From Eledone cirrhosa (lineage: Eukaryota): 64,000 bases of DNA. Positions 1 through 16,900 of this stretch are shown here, one piece after another (the first letter of the stretch is position 1; every line of letters starts with the position of its first letter). A program made the translations under genes and the position numbers. The notes beneath the pieces were generated by a model that had not been told where the DNA came from, ran no database searches, and saw only the letters and a program-made list of their open reading frames with translations. The DNA is taken from assembly GCA_964016885.1 (NCBI GenBank), contig OZ024743.1, positions 353,958,001-354,022,000 on the forward strand. Direction: 5' to 3'.

Positions 1-971
1 ATTACAACCACTAACAACACCATTAGACCACCAATACCAGCACTAACAACACCAACAGACCACCATTACAACCACTAACATCACTAACAGACCACCATTA
101 CAACCACTACCAACACTTACAGACCACCATTACAACCACTAACAACACCAACAGACCACCATTACAACCACTAACAACACCAACAGACCAGCATTACAAC
201 ACTCACAACACCAACAGACCACCATTACAACCACTAACAACACCAACAGACCACCATTACAACCACTAACAACACCAATAGACCACCATTACCAGCACTA
301 ACAACACCAACAGACCACCAATACAACCACTAACAACACCAACAGACCACCATTACAACCACAACCAACACCAACAGACCACCATTACAACCACTATCAA
401 CACCAAGAGACCACCACTACAACCACCACCGCCATCAACAGACCACCAATAGAACCACTAACAACACCAACAGACCACCATTACAACCACTAACAACACC
501 AACAGACCACCATTACAACCACTACCAACACCAACACACCACCATTACAACCACTAACAACACCAACAGGCCACCATAACAACCACTACCGTCACTAACA
601 GACGACCATTACAACACTAACAACACCAACATACCACCAATACAACCAATAACAACACCAACAAACCACCATTACAACCACTAACAACACCAACAGGCCA
701 CCATAACAACCACTACCGTCACTAAAAGACCACCATTACAACCACTAACAACAGCAACAGACCACCATTACAACCACTACCAACACCAACAGACCACCAT
801 TACAAACACCACCACCACCAACAGACCAAAAATAGAACCACTAACAACACCAACAGACCACCAATAGAACCACTAACAACACCAATCGAACCACCATTAC
901 AATCACCACTATCACCACCACCACCACCACCACCAGACCACCAATAGAACCATTACCAACACCAACAGTCT

Positions 972-3900
972 ACCATTACAACCACTAACAACACCCAATA
1001 GACCACCATTACATCCTCTACCAACACCAACAGACCACCATTAGAACCACTACCAACACCAACAGACCACCAATACAACCACTAACAACACCAACAGACC
1101 ACCATTACAAACACTAACAACACCCAACACACCACCAATACAACCACTAACAACACTAACAGACCACCATTACAACAACTAACAACACCAACAGACCACC
1201 ATTACAACCACTACCAACACCAACAGACCACCATTACAACCAATAACAACATTAACAGACCACCAATACAACCACCACCACCACCAACAAACCACCAATA
1301 CAACCACCACCACCACCAACAGACCACCAATAGAACCACTAACAACACCACCAGACCAACATTACAACCACTAACAACACCAACAGACCACTATTACAAC
1401 CACTAAGAACACCAGCAGACCACCAATACAACTACTAACAACACCAACAGACCACCATTAGTCCACCACCACCACATACAGACCATCAATACAACCACAA
1501 ACAACACCAACAGACCACCAATACAACCACTAACAACACCAACAGACGACCACCACAACCACTAACAACACCAATAGACCTTCATTACAACCACTAACAA
1601 CACCAATAGACCTTCATTACAACCACTAACAACACAAACCAACTACCAATAAAACCATTAACAGCACCAGTAGACCACCATTACCACCACTAACAACACC
1701 GTGACACCACCATTATAGCACTAACAACACCAAAAGACCCTCATTACTAGCACTAACAACACCAACAGACCCCAATTACTACCACTGCAACACGAACGGA
1801 CCACCAATACAACCATCAATTCAACCACTAACAATACCAATAGACCACCATTACAAGCACTAACTACACCAACAGACCACCATTACAACCACTAACAACA
1901 CCAACAGACCACCAATACAACCACTAACAACACCAACAGACCACCATTACAACAACTACCAACACCAACAGACCACCATTACAATCCCTAATAGCACCAA
2001 CAGACCACCTATAAAACAACTAACAACACCAACTGACCACCATTGCAACCACTAACACCACAAACAGACCACCATTACAACCACTACCAACACCAACAGA
2101 CCACCATTTCAACCACTAACAACACCAACAGACCACCATTACAACCACTACCAACACCAACAGACCACCATTTCAACCACTAACAACACCAACAGACCAC
2201 CATTACAACCACTAACAACACCAACAGACCAGCATTACAACACTAACAACACCAACAGACCACCATTACAACCACTAACAACACCAACAGACCACCATTA
2301 CAACCACTAACAACACCAATAGACCACCAATACCAGCACTAACAACACCAACAGACCACCATTACAACCACTAACATCACTAACAGACCACCATTACAAC
2401 CACTACCAACACTTACAGACCACCATTACAACCACTAACAACACCAACAGACCACCATTACAACCACTAACAACACCAAAAGACCATCAATACAACAACT
2501 AACAACACCAACAGACCACCAATAGAACCACTTACAACAGCAACAGACCACCAATACAACCACTTACATCACCAACAGACGAACAATACAACCATCAATA
2601 CAACCACTAACAACACCAACAGACCACCAATACAACCATCAATACAACCACTAACAACACAAACAGACTACCAATGCAACCACTAACAACACCAACAGAC
2701 CACCATTACAACCACTAACAACACCAGCAGACCACCAATACAATCATTAACAACATTAATAGACCACCATTACAAGCACAACCACACACAAACAGACCAC
2801 CAACACAACCAATACCAAACACCAACAGACCACCATTACAACCACTAACAATACAAACAGACCACCAACACAACCAATAACAACACCAACAGACCACAGT
2901 TACAACCACTAACAACACTAACAGACCACCAATACAACCACTAACAACACCAATAGACCACAATTACAACCACTAACAAAACGCACAGACTACGATGACA
3001 ATCACTAACAACATCGACAGACAACCAATACAACCACTAACAACACCAATAGACCACCATTACAACCACAACCACACACAAACAGACCACCAACACAACC
3101 ACGAACAACACCAACAGACCACCATTACAACCACTAACAACACCCAATAGACCACCATTACATCCTCTACCAACACCAACAGACCACCATTACAACCACT
3201 ACCAACACCAACAGACCACCAATACAACCACTAACAACACCAACAGACTACCATTACAAACACTAACAACACCCAACACACCACCAATACAACCACTAAC
3301 AACACTAACAGACCACCATTACAACAACTAACAACACCAACAGACCAACATTACAACCACTACCAACACCAACAGACCACCATTACAACCAATAACAACA
3401 TTAACAGACCACCAATACAACCACCACCACCACCAACAAACCACCAATACAACCACCACCACCACCAACAGACCACCAATAGAACCACTAACAACACCAC
3501 CAGACCAACATTACAACCACTAACAACACCAACAGACCACTATTACAACCACTAAGAACACCAACAGACCACCAATACAACTACTAACAACACCAACAGA
3601 CCACCATTAGTCCACCACCACCACATACAGACCATCAATACAACCACTAACAACACCAACAGACCACCATTACAACCACTAACAACACCAGCAGACCACC
3701 AATACAACCACTAACAACACCAACATACGACCACCACAACCACTAACAACACCAATAGACCTTCATTACAACCACTAACAACACAAACCAACTACCAATA
3801 AAACCATTAACAGCACCAGTAGACCACCATTACCACCACTAACAACACCGTGACACCACCATTATAGCACTAACAACACCAAAAGACCCCCATTACTAGC

Positions 3901-5286
3901 ACTAACAACACCAACAGACCCCCATTACTACCACTGCAACACGAACGGACCACCAATACAACCATCAATTCAACCACTAACAATACCAATAGACCACCAC
4001 TACAAGCACTAACTACACCAACATACCACCATTACAACCACTAACAACACCAACAGACCACCAATACAACCACTAACAACACCAACAGACCACCATTACA
4101 ACAACTACCAACACCAACAGACCACCATTACAATCCCTAATAGCACCAACAGACCACCTATAAAACAACTAACAACACCAACTGACCACCATTGCAACCA
4201 CTAACACCACCAACAGACCACCATTACAACCACTACCAACACCAACAGACCACCATTTCAACCACTAACAACACCAACAGACCACCATTACAACCACTAC
4301 CAACACCAACAGACCACCATTTCAACCACTAACAACACCAACAGACCACCATTACAACCACTAACAACACCAACAGACCAGCATTACAACACTAACAACA
4401 CCAACAGACCACCATTACAACCACTAACAACACCAACAGACCACCATTACAACCACTAACAACACCAATAGACCACCAATACCAGCACTAACAACACCAA
4501 CAGACCACCATTACAACCACTAACATCAGTAACAGACCACCATTACAACCACTACCAACACTTACAGACCACCATTACAACCACTAACAACACCAACAGA
4601 CCACCATTACAACCACTAACAACACCAAAAGACCATCAATACAACAACTAACAACACCAACAGACCACCAATAGAACCACTTACAACAGCAACAGACCAC
4701 CAATACAACCACTTACATCACCAACAGACGAACAATACAACCATCAATACAACCACTAACAACACCAACAGACCACCAATACAACCATCAATACAACCAC
4801 TAACAAAACAAACAGACTACCAATGCAACCACTAACAACACCAACAGACCACCATTACAACCACTAACAACACCAGCAGACCACCAATACAATCATTAAC
4901 AACATTAATAGACCACCATTACAAGCACAACCACACACAAACAGACCACCAACACAACCAATACCAAACACCAACAGACCACCATTACAACCACTAACAA
5001 TACAAACAGACCACCAACACAACCAATAACAACACCAACAGACCACAGTTACAACCACTAACAACACTAACAGACCACCAATACAACCACTAACAACACC
5101 AATAAACCACAATTACAACCACTAACAAAACGCACAGACTACGATGACAATCACTAACAACATCGACAGACAACCAATACAACCACTAACAACACCAATA
5201 GACCACCATTACAACCACAACCACACACAAACAGACCACCAACACAACCACGAACAACACCAACAGACCACCATTACAACCACTAA
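972..5286. repeat. Higher-order tandem duplication, period 2149 bp (copy A about 972-3120, copy B about 3121-5269)
   Basis: Rare variants recur at +2149: CATCCTCT at 1012/3161 and CCGTGACACC at 1699/3848. Identical 82-aa spurious ORFs at 2715-2963 and 4864-5112. Confidence 0.93.
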
Positions 5287-7121
5287 TAACACCAACAGCC
5301 ACCAATACAACCATCAATACAACCACTATCAAACCCAACAGACCACCAATACAACCACTAACAACACCAACAGAACACCATTACTACCACAACAACACCA
5401 ACAGACCACCAATACAACCATCAATACAACCACTAAGAACACCAACAGACCACCAATAAAACTACTAACAACACCAACAGACCACCATTAGTCCACCACC
5501 ACCACATACAGACCATCAATACCACCACTAACAACACCAACAGACCACCATTACAACCACTAACAACACCAGCAGACCACCAATACAACCACTAACAACA
5601 CCAACAGACGACCAACACAACCACTAACAACACCAATAGACCATCATTATAACCACTAACAACACAAACCGACTACCAATACAACCATTAACAGCACCAG
5701 TAGACCACCATTACCACCACTAACAACACCGTGACACCACCATTATAGCACAAACATCACCAACAGAACACCATTACTACCACTACAACACCAACAGACC
5801 ATCAATACAACCATCAATACAACCTCTAACAACACCAACATACCCCCATTACTACCAATACAACCACTAACAACACCAACAGACCAACATTGCCACCACT
5901 CACAACACCCAACAGACCACCATTACAACCACTAACAACACCAACAGACCACCAATACAACCTCTAACAACACCAACAGACCACCATTACAAGCACTAAC
6001 AACACCAACAGACTACCATTACAACCACTAACAACACACAACAGACCACCATTACAACGACTACCAACACCAACAGACCACCAATAAAAACACTAACAAC
6101 ACCAACAGACCAACATTACAACCACAACCAACACCAACAGACCACCATTACAACCACTACCAACACCAAGAGACCACCATTACAACCACTACCAACACCA
6201 ACAGACCACCATTTCAACCACTAACAATACCAACGGACCACCATTACAACCACTAACAACACTAACAGTCCACCAATAGAACCACTACCAACACCAACAG
6301 ACCACCAATACAACCACTAACAACACCAACAGACCAACATTGCCACCACTAACAACACCCAACAGACCACCATTACAACCACTAACAACACCAACTGACC
6401 ACCATTACAACCACCAACACCACCAACAGACCACCAATAGAACCACTAACAACACCAACAGACCACCATTACAACCACTAACAACACAAACAGACCAGCA
6501 TTACAACACTCACAACACCAACAGACCACCATTACAACCACTAACAACACCAACAGACCACCATTACAACCACTAACAACACCAATAGACCACCATTACC
6601 AGCACTAACAACACCAACAGACCACCAATACAACCACTAACAACACCAACAGACCACCATTACAACCACAACCAACACCAACAGACCACCATTACAACCA
6701 CTATCAACACCAAGAGACCACCATTACAACCACCACCGCCATCAACAGACCACCAATAGAACCACTAACAACACCAACAGACCACCATTACAACCACTAA
6801 CAACACCAACAGACCACCATTACAACCACTACCAACACCAACACACCACCATTACAACCACTAACAACACCAACAGGCCACCATAACAACCACTACCGTC
6901 ACTAACAGACGACCATTACAACACTAACAACACCAACATACCACCAATACAACCACTAACAACAGCAACAGACCACCATTACAACCACTACCAACACCAA
7001 CAGACCACCATTACAAACACCACCACCACCAACAGACCAAAAATAGAACCACTAACAACACCAACAGACCACCAATAGAACCACTAACAACACCAATCGA
7101 ACCACCATTACAATCACCACT

Positions 7122-7175
7122 ACCACCACCACCACCACCACCACCACCACCACCACCACCACCACCACCACCACC
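7122..7175. repeat. (ACC)18 microsatellite embedded in a monomer
   Basis: Perfect 54-bp ACC run following TCGAACCACCATTACAATCACCACT. Confidence 0.93.
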
Positions 7176-10100
7176 AACAGACCACCAATAGAACCATTAC
7201 CAACACCAACAGTCTACCATTACAACCACTAACAACACCCAATAGACCACCATTACATCCTCTACCAACACCAACAGACCACCATTACAACCACTACCAA
7301 CACCAACAGACCACCAATACAACCACTAACAACACCAACAGACTACCATTACAAACACTAACAACACCCAACACACCACCAATAAAACCACTAACAACAC
7401 CAACAGACCACCATTACAACCACTACCAACACCAACCGACCACCATTACAACCAATAACAACATTAACAGACCACCAATACAACCACCACCACCACCAAC
7501 AAACCACCAATACAACAACCACCACCACCAACAGACCACCAATAGAACCACTAACAACACCACCAGACCAACATTACAACCACTAACAACACCAACAGAC
7601 CACTATTACAACCACTAAGAACACCAACAGACCACCAATACAACTACTAACAACACCAACAGACCACCATTAGTCCACCACCACCATATACAGACCACCA
7701 TTACACCCACTAACAACACCAATAGACCACCAATACAACCACTAACAACACCAGCAGACTACCATTACAAACACTAACAACACCCAACACACCACCAATA
7801 CAACCACTAACAACAGTAACAGAGCACCATTACAACAACTAACAACACCAACAGACCACCAGTACAACCACTACCAACACCAACAGACCACCAATAGAAC
7901 CAGAAACAACAACAGACCACCATTACAACCAATAACAACATTAACAGACCACCAATACAACCACCACCACCACCAACAGACCACCAATACAACCACCACC
8001 ACCACCAACAGACCACCAATAGAACCACTAACAACACCACCAGACCACCATTACAACCACTAACAACACCAACAGACCACCATTACAACCACTACCAACA
8101 CCAACAGACCACCATTTACAACCACTAACAACACCAACAGACCATCAATACAACCAATAACAACACCAACAGACCACAGTTACAACCACTAACAACACTA
8201 ACAGACCACCAATACAACCACTAACAAGACCAATAGACCACCATTACAACCACTAACAAAACGCACAGACCACCATTACAATCACTAACAACATCGACAG
8301 ACAAGCAACACAACCAATAACAACACCAATAGACCACCATTACAACCACAACCACACATAAACAGACCACCAATACAACCACTAACAAGACCAATAGACC
8401 ACAATTACAACCACTAACAAAACGCACAGACCACCATTACAATCACTAACAACATCGACAGACCACCAATACAACCACTAACAACACCAACAGACCACCA
8501 TTACAACCACTAATAACACCAACAGCGACCAATACAACCATCAATACAACCACTATCAACCTCAACAGACCACCAATACAACCACTAACAACACTAACAG
8601 ACCACCATTACTACCACTACAACACCAACAGACCACCAATACAACCATCAATACAACCACTAAGAACACCAACAGACCACCAATACAACTACTAACAACA
8701 CCAACAGACCATCATTACAACCACTAACAGCACCAGCAGACCACCAAGACAACCACTAACAACACCAATAGACCTTCATTACAACCACTAACAACACAAA
8801 CCAACTACCAATACAACCATTAACAGCACCAGTAGACGACCATTACCACCACTAACAACACCGTGACACCACGATTATAGCACTAACAATACAACCATCA
8901 ATACAAACACTAACAACAACAACAGACCACCAATACAACAACTAACAACACCAACAGACCACCATTACTACCACTACAACACCAACAGACCACCAATACA
9001 ACCATCAATACAACCACTAACAACAACAACAGACCACCAATACAACAACTAACAACACCAACAGACCACCATTACTACCACTAACTACACCAACAGACCA
9101 CCAATACAATCATTAACAACATTAATAGACCACCATTACAACCACTCACAAACAGACCACCAACACAACCAATAACAACACCAACAGACTACAGTTACAA
9201 CCACTAACAACACTAACAGACCACCAATACAACCACTAACAACACCAATAGACCACAATTACAACCACTAACAAAACGCACAGACCACCATTACAATCAC
9301 TAACAACATCGACAGACAACCAATACAACCACTAACAACACCAATAGACCACCATTACAACCACTAACAACACCAACAGCCACCAATACAACCATCAATA
9401 CAACCACTATCAACCCCAACAGAACACAAATACAACCACTAACAACACCAACAGACCACCATTGCTACCACTACAACACCAACAGACCACCAGTACAACC
9501 ATCAATACAACCACTAAGAACACCAACAGACCTCCAATACAACTACTAACAACACCAACAGACCACCATTACAACCACTAACAACACCAGCAGACCACCA
9601 ATACAACCACTAACAACACCAACAGACGACCACCACAACCACAAACAACACCAATAGACCTTCATTACAACCACTAACAACGCCAATAGACCACCAATAC
9701 CAGCACTAACAACACCAACAGACCACCATTACAACCACTAACATCACCAACAGACCACCATTACAACCACTACCAACACCAACAGACCACCATTACAACC
9801 ACTAACAACACCAACAGACCAGCATTACAACACTAACATCACCAACAGACCACCATTCCAAACACTAACAACACCACCAGACCACCATTACAAACACTAA
9901 CAACACCAACAGACCACCAATACCAGCACTAACAACACCAACAGACCACCATTACAACCACTAACATCACCAACAGACCACTAATACAACCACTAACAAC
10001 ACCAATAGACTACCATTGCAACCACTAACAACACCAACAGACCACCAAAAAACCACTAACAACACCAACAGACCAGCATTACAATCACTAACAACACCCA

Positions 10101-10894
10101 ACACTCCACCATTGCAACCACTTCCAACACCAACAGACCACCAATACAACCACTACCAATACCAACAGACCACCATTACAACCACCACCACCACCAACAG
10201 ACCACCACTAGAACCACTTACAACACCAACAGACCACCGTTACAACCAATAACAACACTAACAGGCCACCAATAGAAGCACTACCAACACCAACAGATCA
10301 CCAATACAACCACTAACAACACCAACAGACCACCAATACAACCACTAACAACACCAACAGATCACCAACACAACCACTAACAACACCAACAGACGACCAT
10401 TACAACCACTAACAACACCAACAGACCACCATTTCAACCACTAACAGCACCAACATACCACCAATAGAACCACTTACAACACCAACAGACCACCATTACA
10501 ACCAATAACAACACTAACAAACCACCAATAGAACCACTAACAACACCAACAGACCACCATTACGACCACCACCACCACCAACAGACCACCAATAGAACCA
10601 CTAACAACACCAACAGAGCGCCATTACCACCACTAACAACACCAACAGACCAACAAAACAACCACTACCAACACCAACAGACCACCATTACAACCACTAA
10701 CAACACCAACAGACCACCAATAGAACCACTAACAACACCAACAGAGCGCCATTACCACCACTAACAACACCATGAGTCCATCATTACAACCACTAACAAC
10801 ACCAACAGCCCACCATTACTACCACTACAACACCAACAGACCACCAATACAACCATCAATACAACCACTAACAACACCAACAGACCACCATTAC

Positions 10895-10918
10895 ACCACC
10901 ACCACCACCACCACCACC
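10895..10918. repeat. (ACC)8 microsatellite (second copy at about 17730-17753)
   Basis: Perfect ACC run, seen as poly-Thr and poly-Trp in the ORF track at 10772 and 10761. Confidence 0.85.
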
Positions 10919-13895
10919 AATAGAATACCAATACAACCACTAACAACACCAATAGACCACCATTACAACCACTAACCACGCCAACAGACCACCAATACAA
11001 CCACTACCAACACTAACAGACCCCCAACACAACCACTAACATCACCAACAGACCAGTATTACTACCACTAACAACACCAACAGACCACCAATACAATCTC
11101 TATCAATACCAACAGACCACCATTACAACCACTAACAACAACAACAGACCACCATTACAACCACTAACACCCCCAACAGACCACCAAAACAAACACTAAC
11201 AACACCAACAGACCACCATTACCACCACTAACAACACAAAAAGACCCCCAATAAATCTACTAACACCAAAAGACAATCAATACAACAACTACCAACACGA
11301 ACAGACCACCAATAGAACCACTTATAACACCAACAGACGAACAATACAATCACTAACAACACCAACAGACCAACATTACAACCACTAACTACACCAATAC
11401 AACCATCAATACAACCACTAACAACAACAACAGACCACCAATACAACAACTAACAACACCAACAGACCACCATTACTACCACTAAAAAACCAACAGACCA
11501 CCAATACAACCATCAATACAACCACTAACAACACCAACAGACCACCAATGCAACCACTAACAACACCAACAGACCACCATTACAACCACTAACTACACCA
11601 GCAGACCACCAATACAATCATTAACAACATTAATAGACCACCATTACAAGCACAACCACACACAAACAGACCACCAACACAACCAATAACAACACCAACA
11701 GACCAGAGTTACAACCACTAACAACACTAACAGACCACCAATACAACCACTAACAACACCAATAGACCACAATTACAACCACTAACAAAACGCACAGACA
11801 ACCAATACAACCACTAACAACACCAATAGACCACATATTACAACCACACACAAACAGACCACCAACACAACCACGAACAACACCAACAGACCACCATTAC
11901 AACCACTAATAACACCAACAGCCACCAATACAACCATCAATAAAACCACTAAGAACACCAACAGACCACCAATACAACTACTAACAACACCAACAGACCA
12001 CCATTAGTCCACGACCACCACATACAGACCATCAATACAACCACTAACAACACCAGCAGACCACCATTACAACCACTTACAACACCAGCAGACCACCAAT
12101 ACAACCACTAACAACACCAACAGACGACCACCACAACCACTAACAACACCAATAGACCTTCATTACAACCACTAACAACACAAACCAACTACCAATACAA
12201 CCATTAACAGCACCAGTAGAACACCATTACCACCACTAACAACACCGTGACACCACCATTATAGCACTAACAACACAAACAGACCACCATTACTACCACT
12301 ACAACAGCAACGGACCACCAATACAACCATCAATACAACCACTAACAACACCAACATACCCCCATTACTACCACTACGACACCAACAGACAACCAATACA
12401 ACCATCAATTCAACCACTAACAACACCAATAGACCACCATTACAAGCACTAACTACACCAGCAGACCACCATTGCAACCACTAACACCACCAACAGACCA
12501 CCATTACAACCACTACCAACACCAACAGACCACCATGTCAACCACTAACAACACCAACATACCACCATTACAACCACTAACAACACTAACAGACCAACAA
12601 TAGAACCACTACCAACACCAACAGACCACCAATACAACCACTAACAACACCAACAGACCAACATTGCCACCACTCACAACACCCAACAGACCACCATTAC
12701 AACCACTAACAACACCAACAGACCACCAATACAACCTCTAACAACACCAACAGACCACCATTACAAGCACTAACAACACCAACAGACTACCATTACAACC
12801 ACTAACAACACACAACAGACCACCATTACAACGACTACCAACACCAACAGACCACCAATAAAAACACTAACAACACCAACAGACCAACATTACAACCACA
12901 ACCAACACCAACAGACCACCATTACAACCACTACCAACACCAAGAGACCACCATTACAACCACTACCAACACCAACAGACCACCATTTCAACCACTAACA
13001 ATACCAACGGACCACCATTACAACCACTAACAACACTAACAGTCCACCAATAGAACCACTACCAACACCAACAGACCACCAATACAACCACTAACAACAC
13101 CAACAGACCAACATTGCCACCACTAACAACACCCAACAGACCACCATTACAACCACTAACAACACCAACTGACCACCATTACAACCACCAACACCACCAA
13201 CAGACCACCAATAGAACCACTAACAACACCAACAGACCACCATTACAACCACTAACAACACAAACAGACCAGCATTACAACACTCACAACACCAACAGAC
13301 CACCATTACAACCACTAACAACACCAACAGACCACCATTACAACCACTAACAACACCAATAGACCACCATTACCAGCACTAACAACACCAACAGACCACC
13401 AATACAACCACTAACAACACCAACAGACCACCATTACAACCACAACCAACACCAACAGACCACCATTACAACCACTATCAACACCAAGAGACCACCATTA
13501 CAACCACCACCGCCATCAACAGACCACCAATAGAACCACTAACAACACCAACAGACCACCATTACAACCACTAACAACACCAACAGACCACCATTACAAC
13601 CACTACCAACACCAACACACCACCATTACAACCACTAACAACACCAACAGGCCACCATAACAACCACTACCGTCACTAACAGACGACCATTACAACACTA
13701 ACAACACCAACATACCACCAATACAACCACTAACAACAGCAACAGACCACCATTACAACCACTACCAACACCAACAGACCACCATTACAAACACCACCAC
13801 CACCAACAGACCAAAAATAGAACCACTAACAACACCAACAGACCACCAATAGAACCACTAACAACACCAATCGAACCACCATTACAATCACCACT

Positions 13896-13946
13896 ACCAC
13901 CACCACCACCACCACCACCACCACCACCACCACCACCACCACCACC
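13896..13946. repeat. (ACC)17 microsatellite, paralogue of 7122-7175
   Basis: Perfect 51-bp ACC run in the same context. It accounts for the change in duplication offset from 6774 to 6771. Confidence 0.93.
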
Positions 13947-16900
13947 AACAGACCACCAATAGAACCATTACCAACACCAACAGTCTACCATTACAACCAC
14001 TAACAACACCCAATAGACCACCATTACATCCTCTACCAACACCAACAGACCACCATTACAACCACTACCAACACCAACAGACCACCAATACAACCACTAA
14101 CAACACCAACAGACTACCATTACAAACACTAACAACACCCAACACACCACCAATAAAACCACTAACAACACCAACAGACCACCATTACAACCACTACCAA
14201 CACCAACCGACCACCATTACAACCAATAACAACATTAACAGACCACCAATACAACCACCACCACCACCAACAAACCACCAATACAACAACCACCACCACC
14301 AACAGACCACCAATAGAACCACTAACAACACCACCAGACCAACATTACAACCACTAACAACACCAACAGACCACTATTACAACCACTAAGAACACCAACA
14401 GACCACCAATACAACTACTAACAACACCAACAGACCACCATTAGTCCACCACCACCATATACAGACCACCATTACACCCACTAACAACACCAATAGACCA
14501 CCAATACAACCACTAACAACACCAGCAGACTACCATTACAAACACTAACAACACCCAACACACCACCAATACAACCACTAACAACAGTAACAGAGCACCA
14601 TTACAACAACTAACAACACCAACAGACCACCAGTACAACCACTACCAACACCAACAGACCACCAATAGAACCAGAAACAACAACAGACCACCATTACAAC
14701 CAATAACAACATTAACAGACCACCAATACAACCACCACCACCACCAACAGACCACCAATACAACCACCACCACCACCAACAGACCACCAATAGAACCACT
14801 AACAACACCACCAGACCACCATTACAACCACTAACAACACCAACAGACCACCATTACAACCACTACCAACACCAACAGACCACCATTTACAACCACTAAC
14901 AACACCAACAGACCATCAATACAACCAATAACAACACCAACAGACCACAGTTACAACCACTAACAACACTAACAGACCACCAATACAACCACTAACAAGA
15001 CCAATAGACCACCATTACAACCACTAACAAAACGCACAGACCACCATTACAATCACTAACAACATCGACAGACAACCAACACAACCAATAACAACACCAA
15101 TAGACCACCATTACAACCACAACCACACATAAACAGACCACCAATACAACCACTAACAAGACCAATAGACCACAATTACAACCACTAACAAAACGCACAG
15201 ACCACCATTACAATCACTAACAACATCGACAGACCACCAATACAACCACTAACAACACCAACAGACCACCATTACAACCACTAATAACACCAACAGCGAC
15301 CAATACAACCATCAATACAACCACTATCAACCTCAACAGACCACCAATACAACCACTAACAACACTAACAGACCACCATTACTACCACTACAACACCAAC
15401 AGACCACCAATACAACCATCAATACAACCACTAAGAACACCAACAGACCACCAATACAACTACTAACAACACCAACAGACCATCATTACAACCACTAACA
15501 GCACCAGCAGACCACCAAGACAACCACTAACAACACCAATAGACCTTCATTACAACCACTAACAACACAAACCAACTACCAATACAACCATTAACAGCAC
15601 CAGTAGACCACCATTACCACCACTAACAACACCGTGACACCACGATTATAGCACTAACAATACAACCATCAATACAAACACTAACAACAACAACAGACCA
15701 CCAATACAACAACTAACAACACCAACAGACCACCATTACTACCACTACAACACCAACAGACCACCAATACAACCATCAATACAACCACTAACAACAACAA
15801 CAGACCACCAATACAACAACTAACAACACCAACAGACCACCATTACTACCACTAACTACACCAACAGACCACCAATACAATCATTAACAACATTAATAGA
15901 CCACCATTACAACCACTCACAAACAGACCACCAACACAACCAATAACAACACCAACAGACTACAGTTACAACCACTAACAACACTAACAGACCACCAATA
16001 CAACCACTAACAACACCAATAGACCACAATTACAACCACTAACAAAACGCACAGACCACCATTACAATCACTAACAACATCGACAGACAACCAATACAAC
16101 CACTAACAACACCAATAGACCACCATTACAACCACTAACAACACCAACAGCCACCAATACAACCATCAATACAACCACTAACAACACCAACAGACCACCA
16201 TTGCTACCACTACAACACCAACAGACCACCAGTACAACCATCAATACAACCACTAAGAACACCAACAGACCTCCAATACAACTACTAACAACACCAACAG
16301 ACCACCATTACAACCACTAACAACACCAGCAGACCACCAATACAACCACTAACAACACCAACAGACGACCACCACAACCACAAACAACACCAATAGACCT
16401 TCATTACAACCACTAACAACGCCAATAGACCACCAATACCAGCACTAACAACACCAACAGACCACCATTACAACCACTAACATCACCAACAGACCACCAT
16501 TACAACCACTACCAACACCAACAGACCACCATTACAACCACTAACAACACCAACAGACCAGCATTACAACACTAACATCACCAACAGACCACCATTCCAA
16601 ACACTAACAACACCACCAGACCACCATTACAAACACTAACAACACCAACAGACCACCAATACCAGCACTAACAACACCAACAGACCACCATTACAACCAC
16701 TAACATCACCAACAGACCACTAATACAACCACTAACAACACCAACAGACTACCATTGCAACCACTAACAACACCAACAGACCACCAAAAAACCACTAACA
16801 ACACCAACAGACCAGCATTACAATCACTAACAACACCCAACACTCCACCATTGCAACCACTTCCAACACCAACAGACCACCAATACAACCACTACCAATA

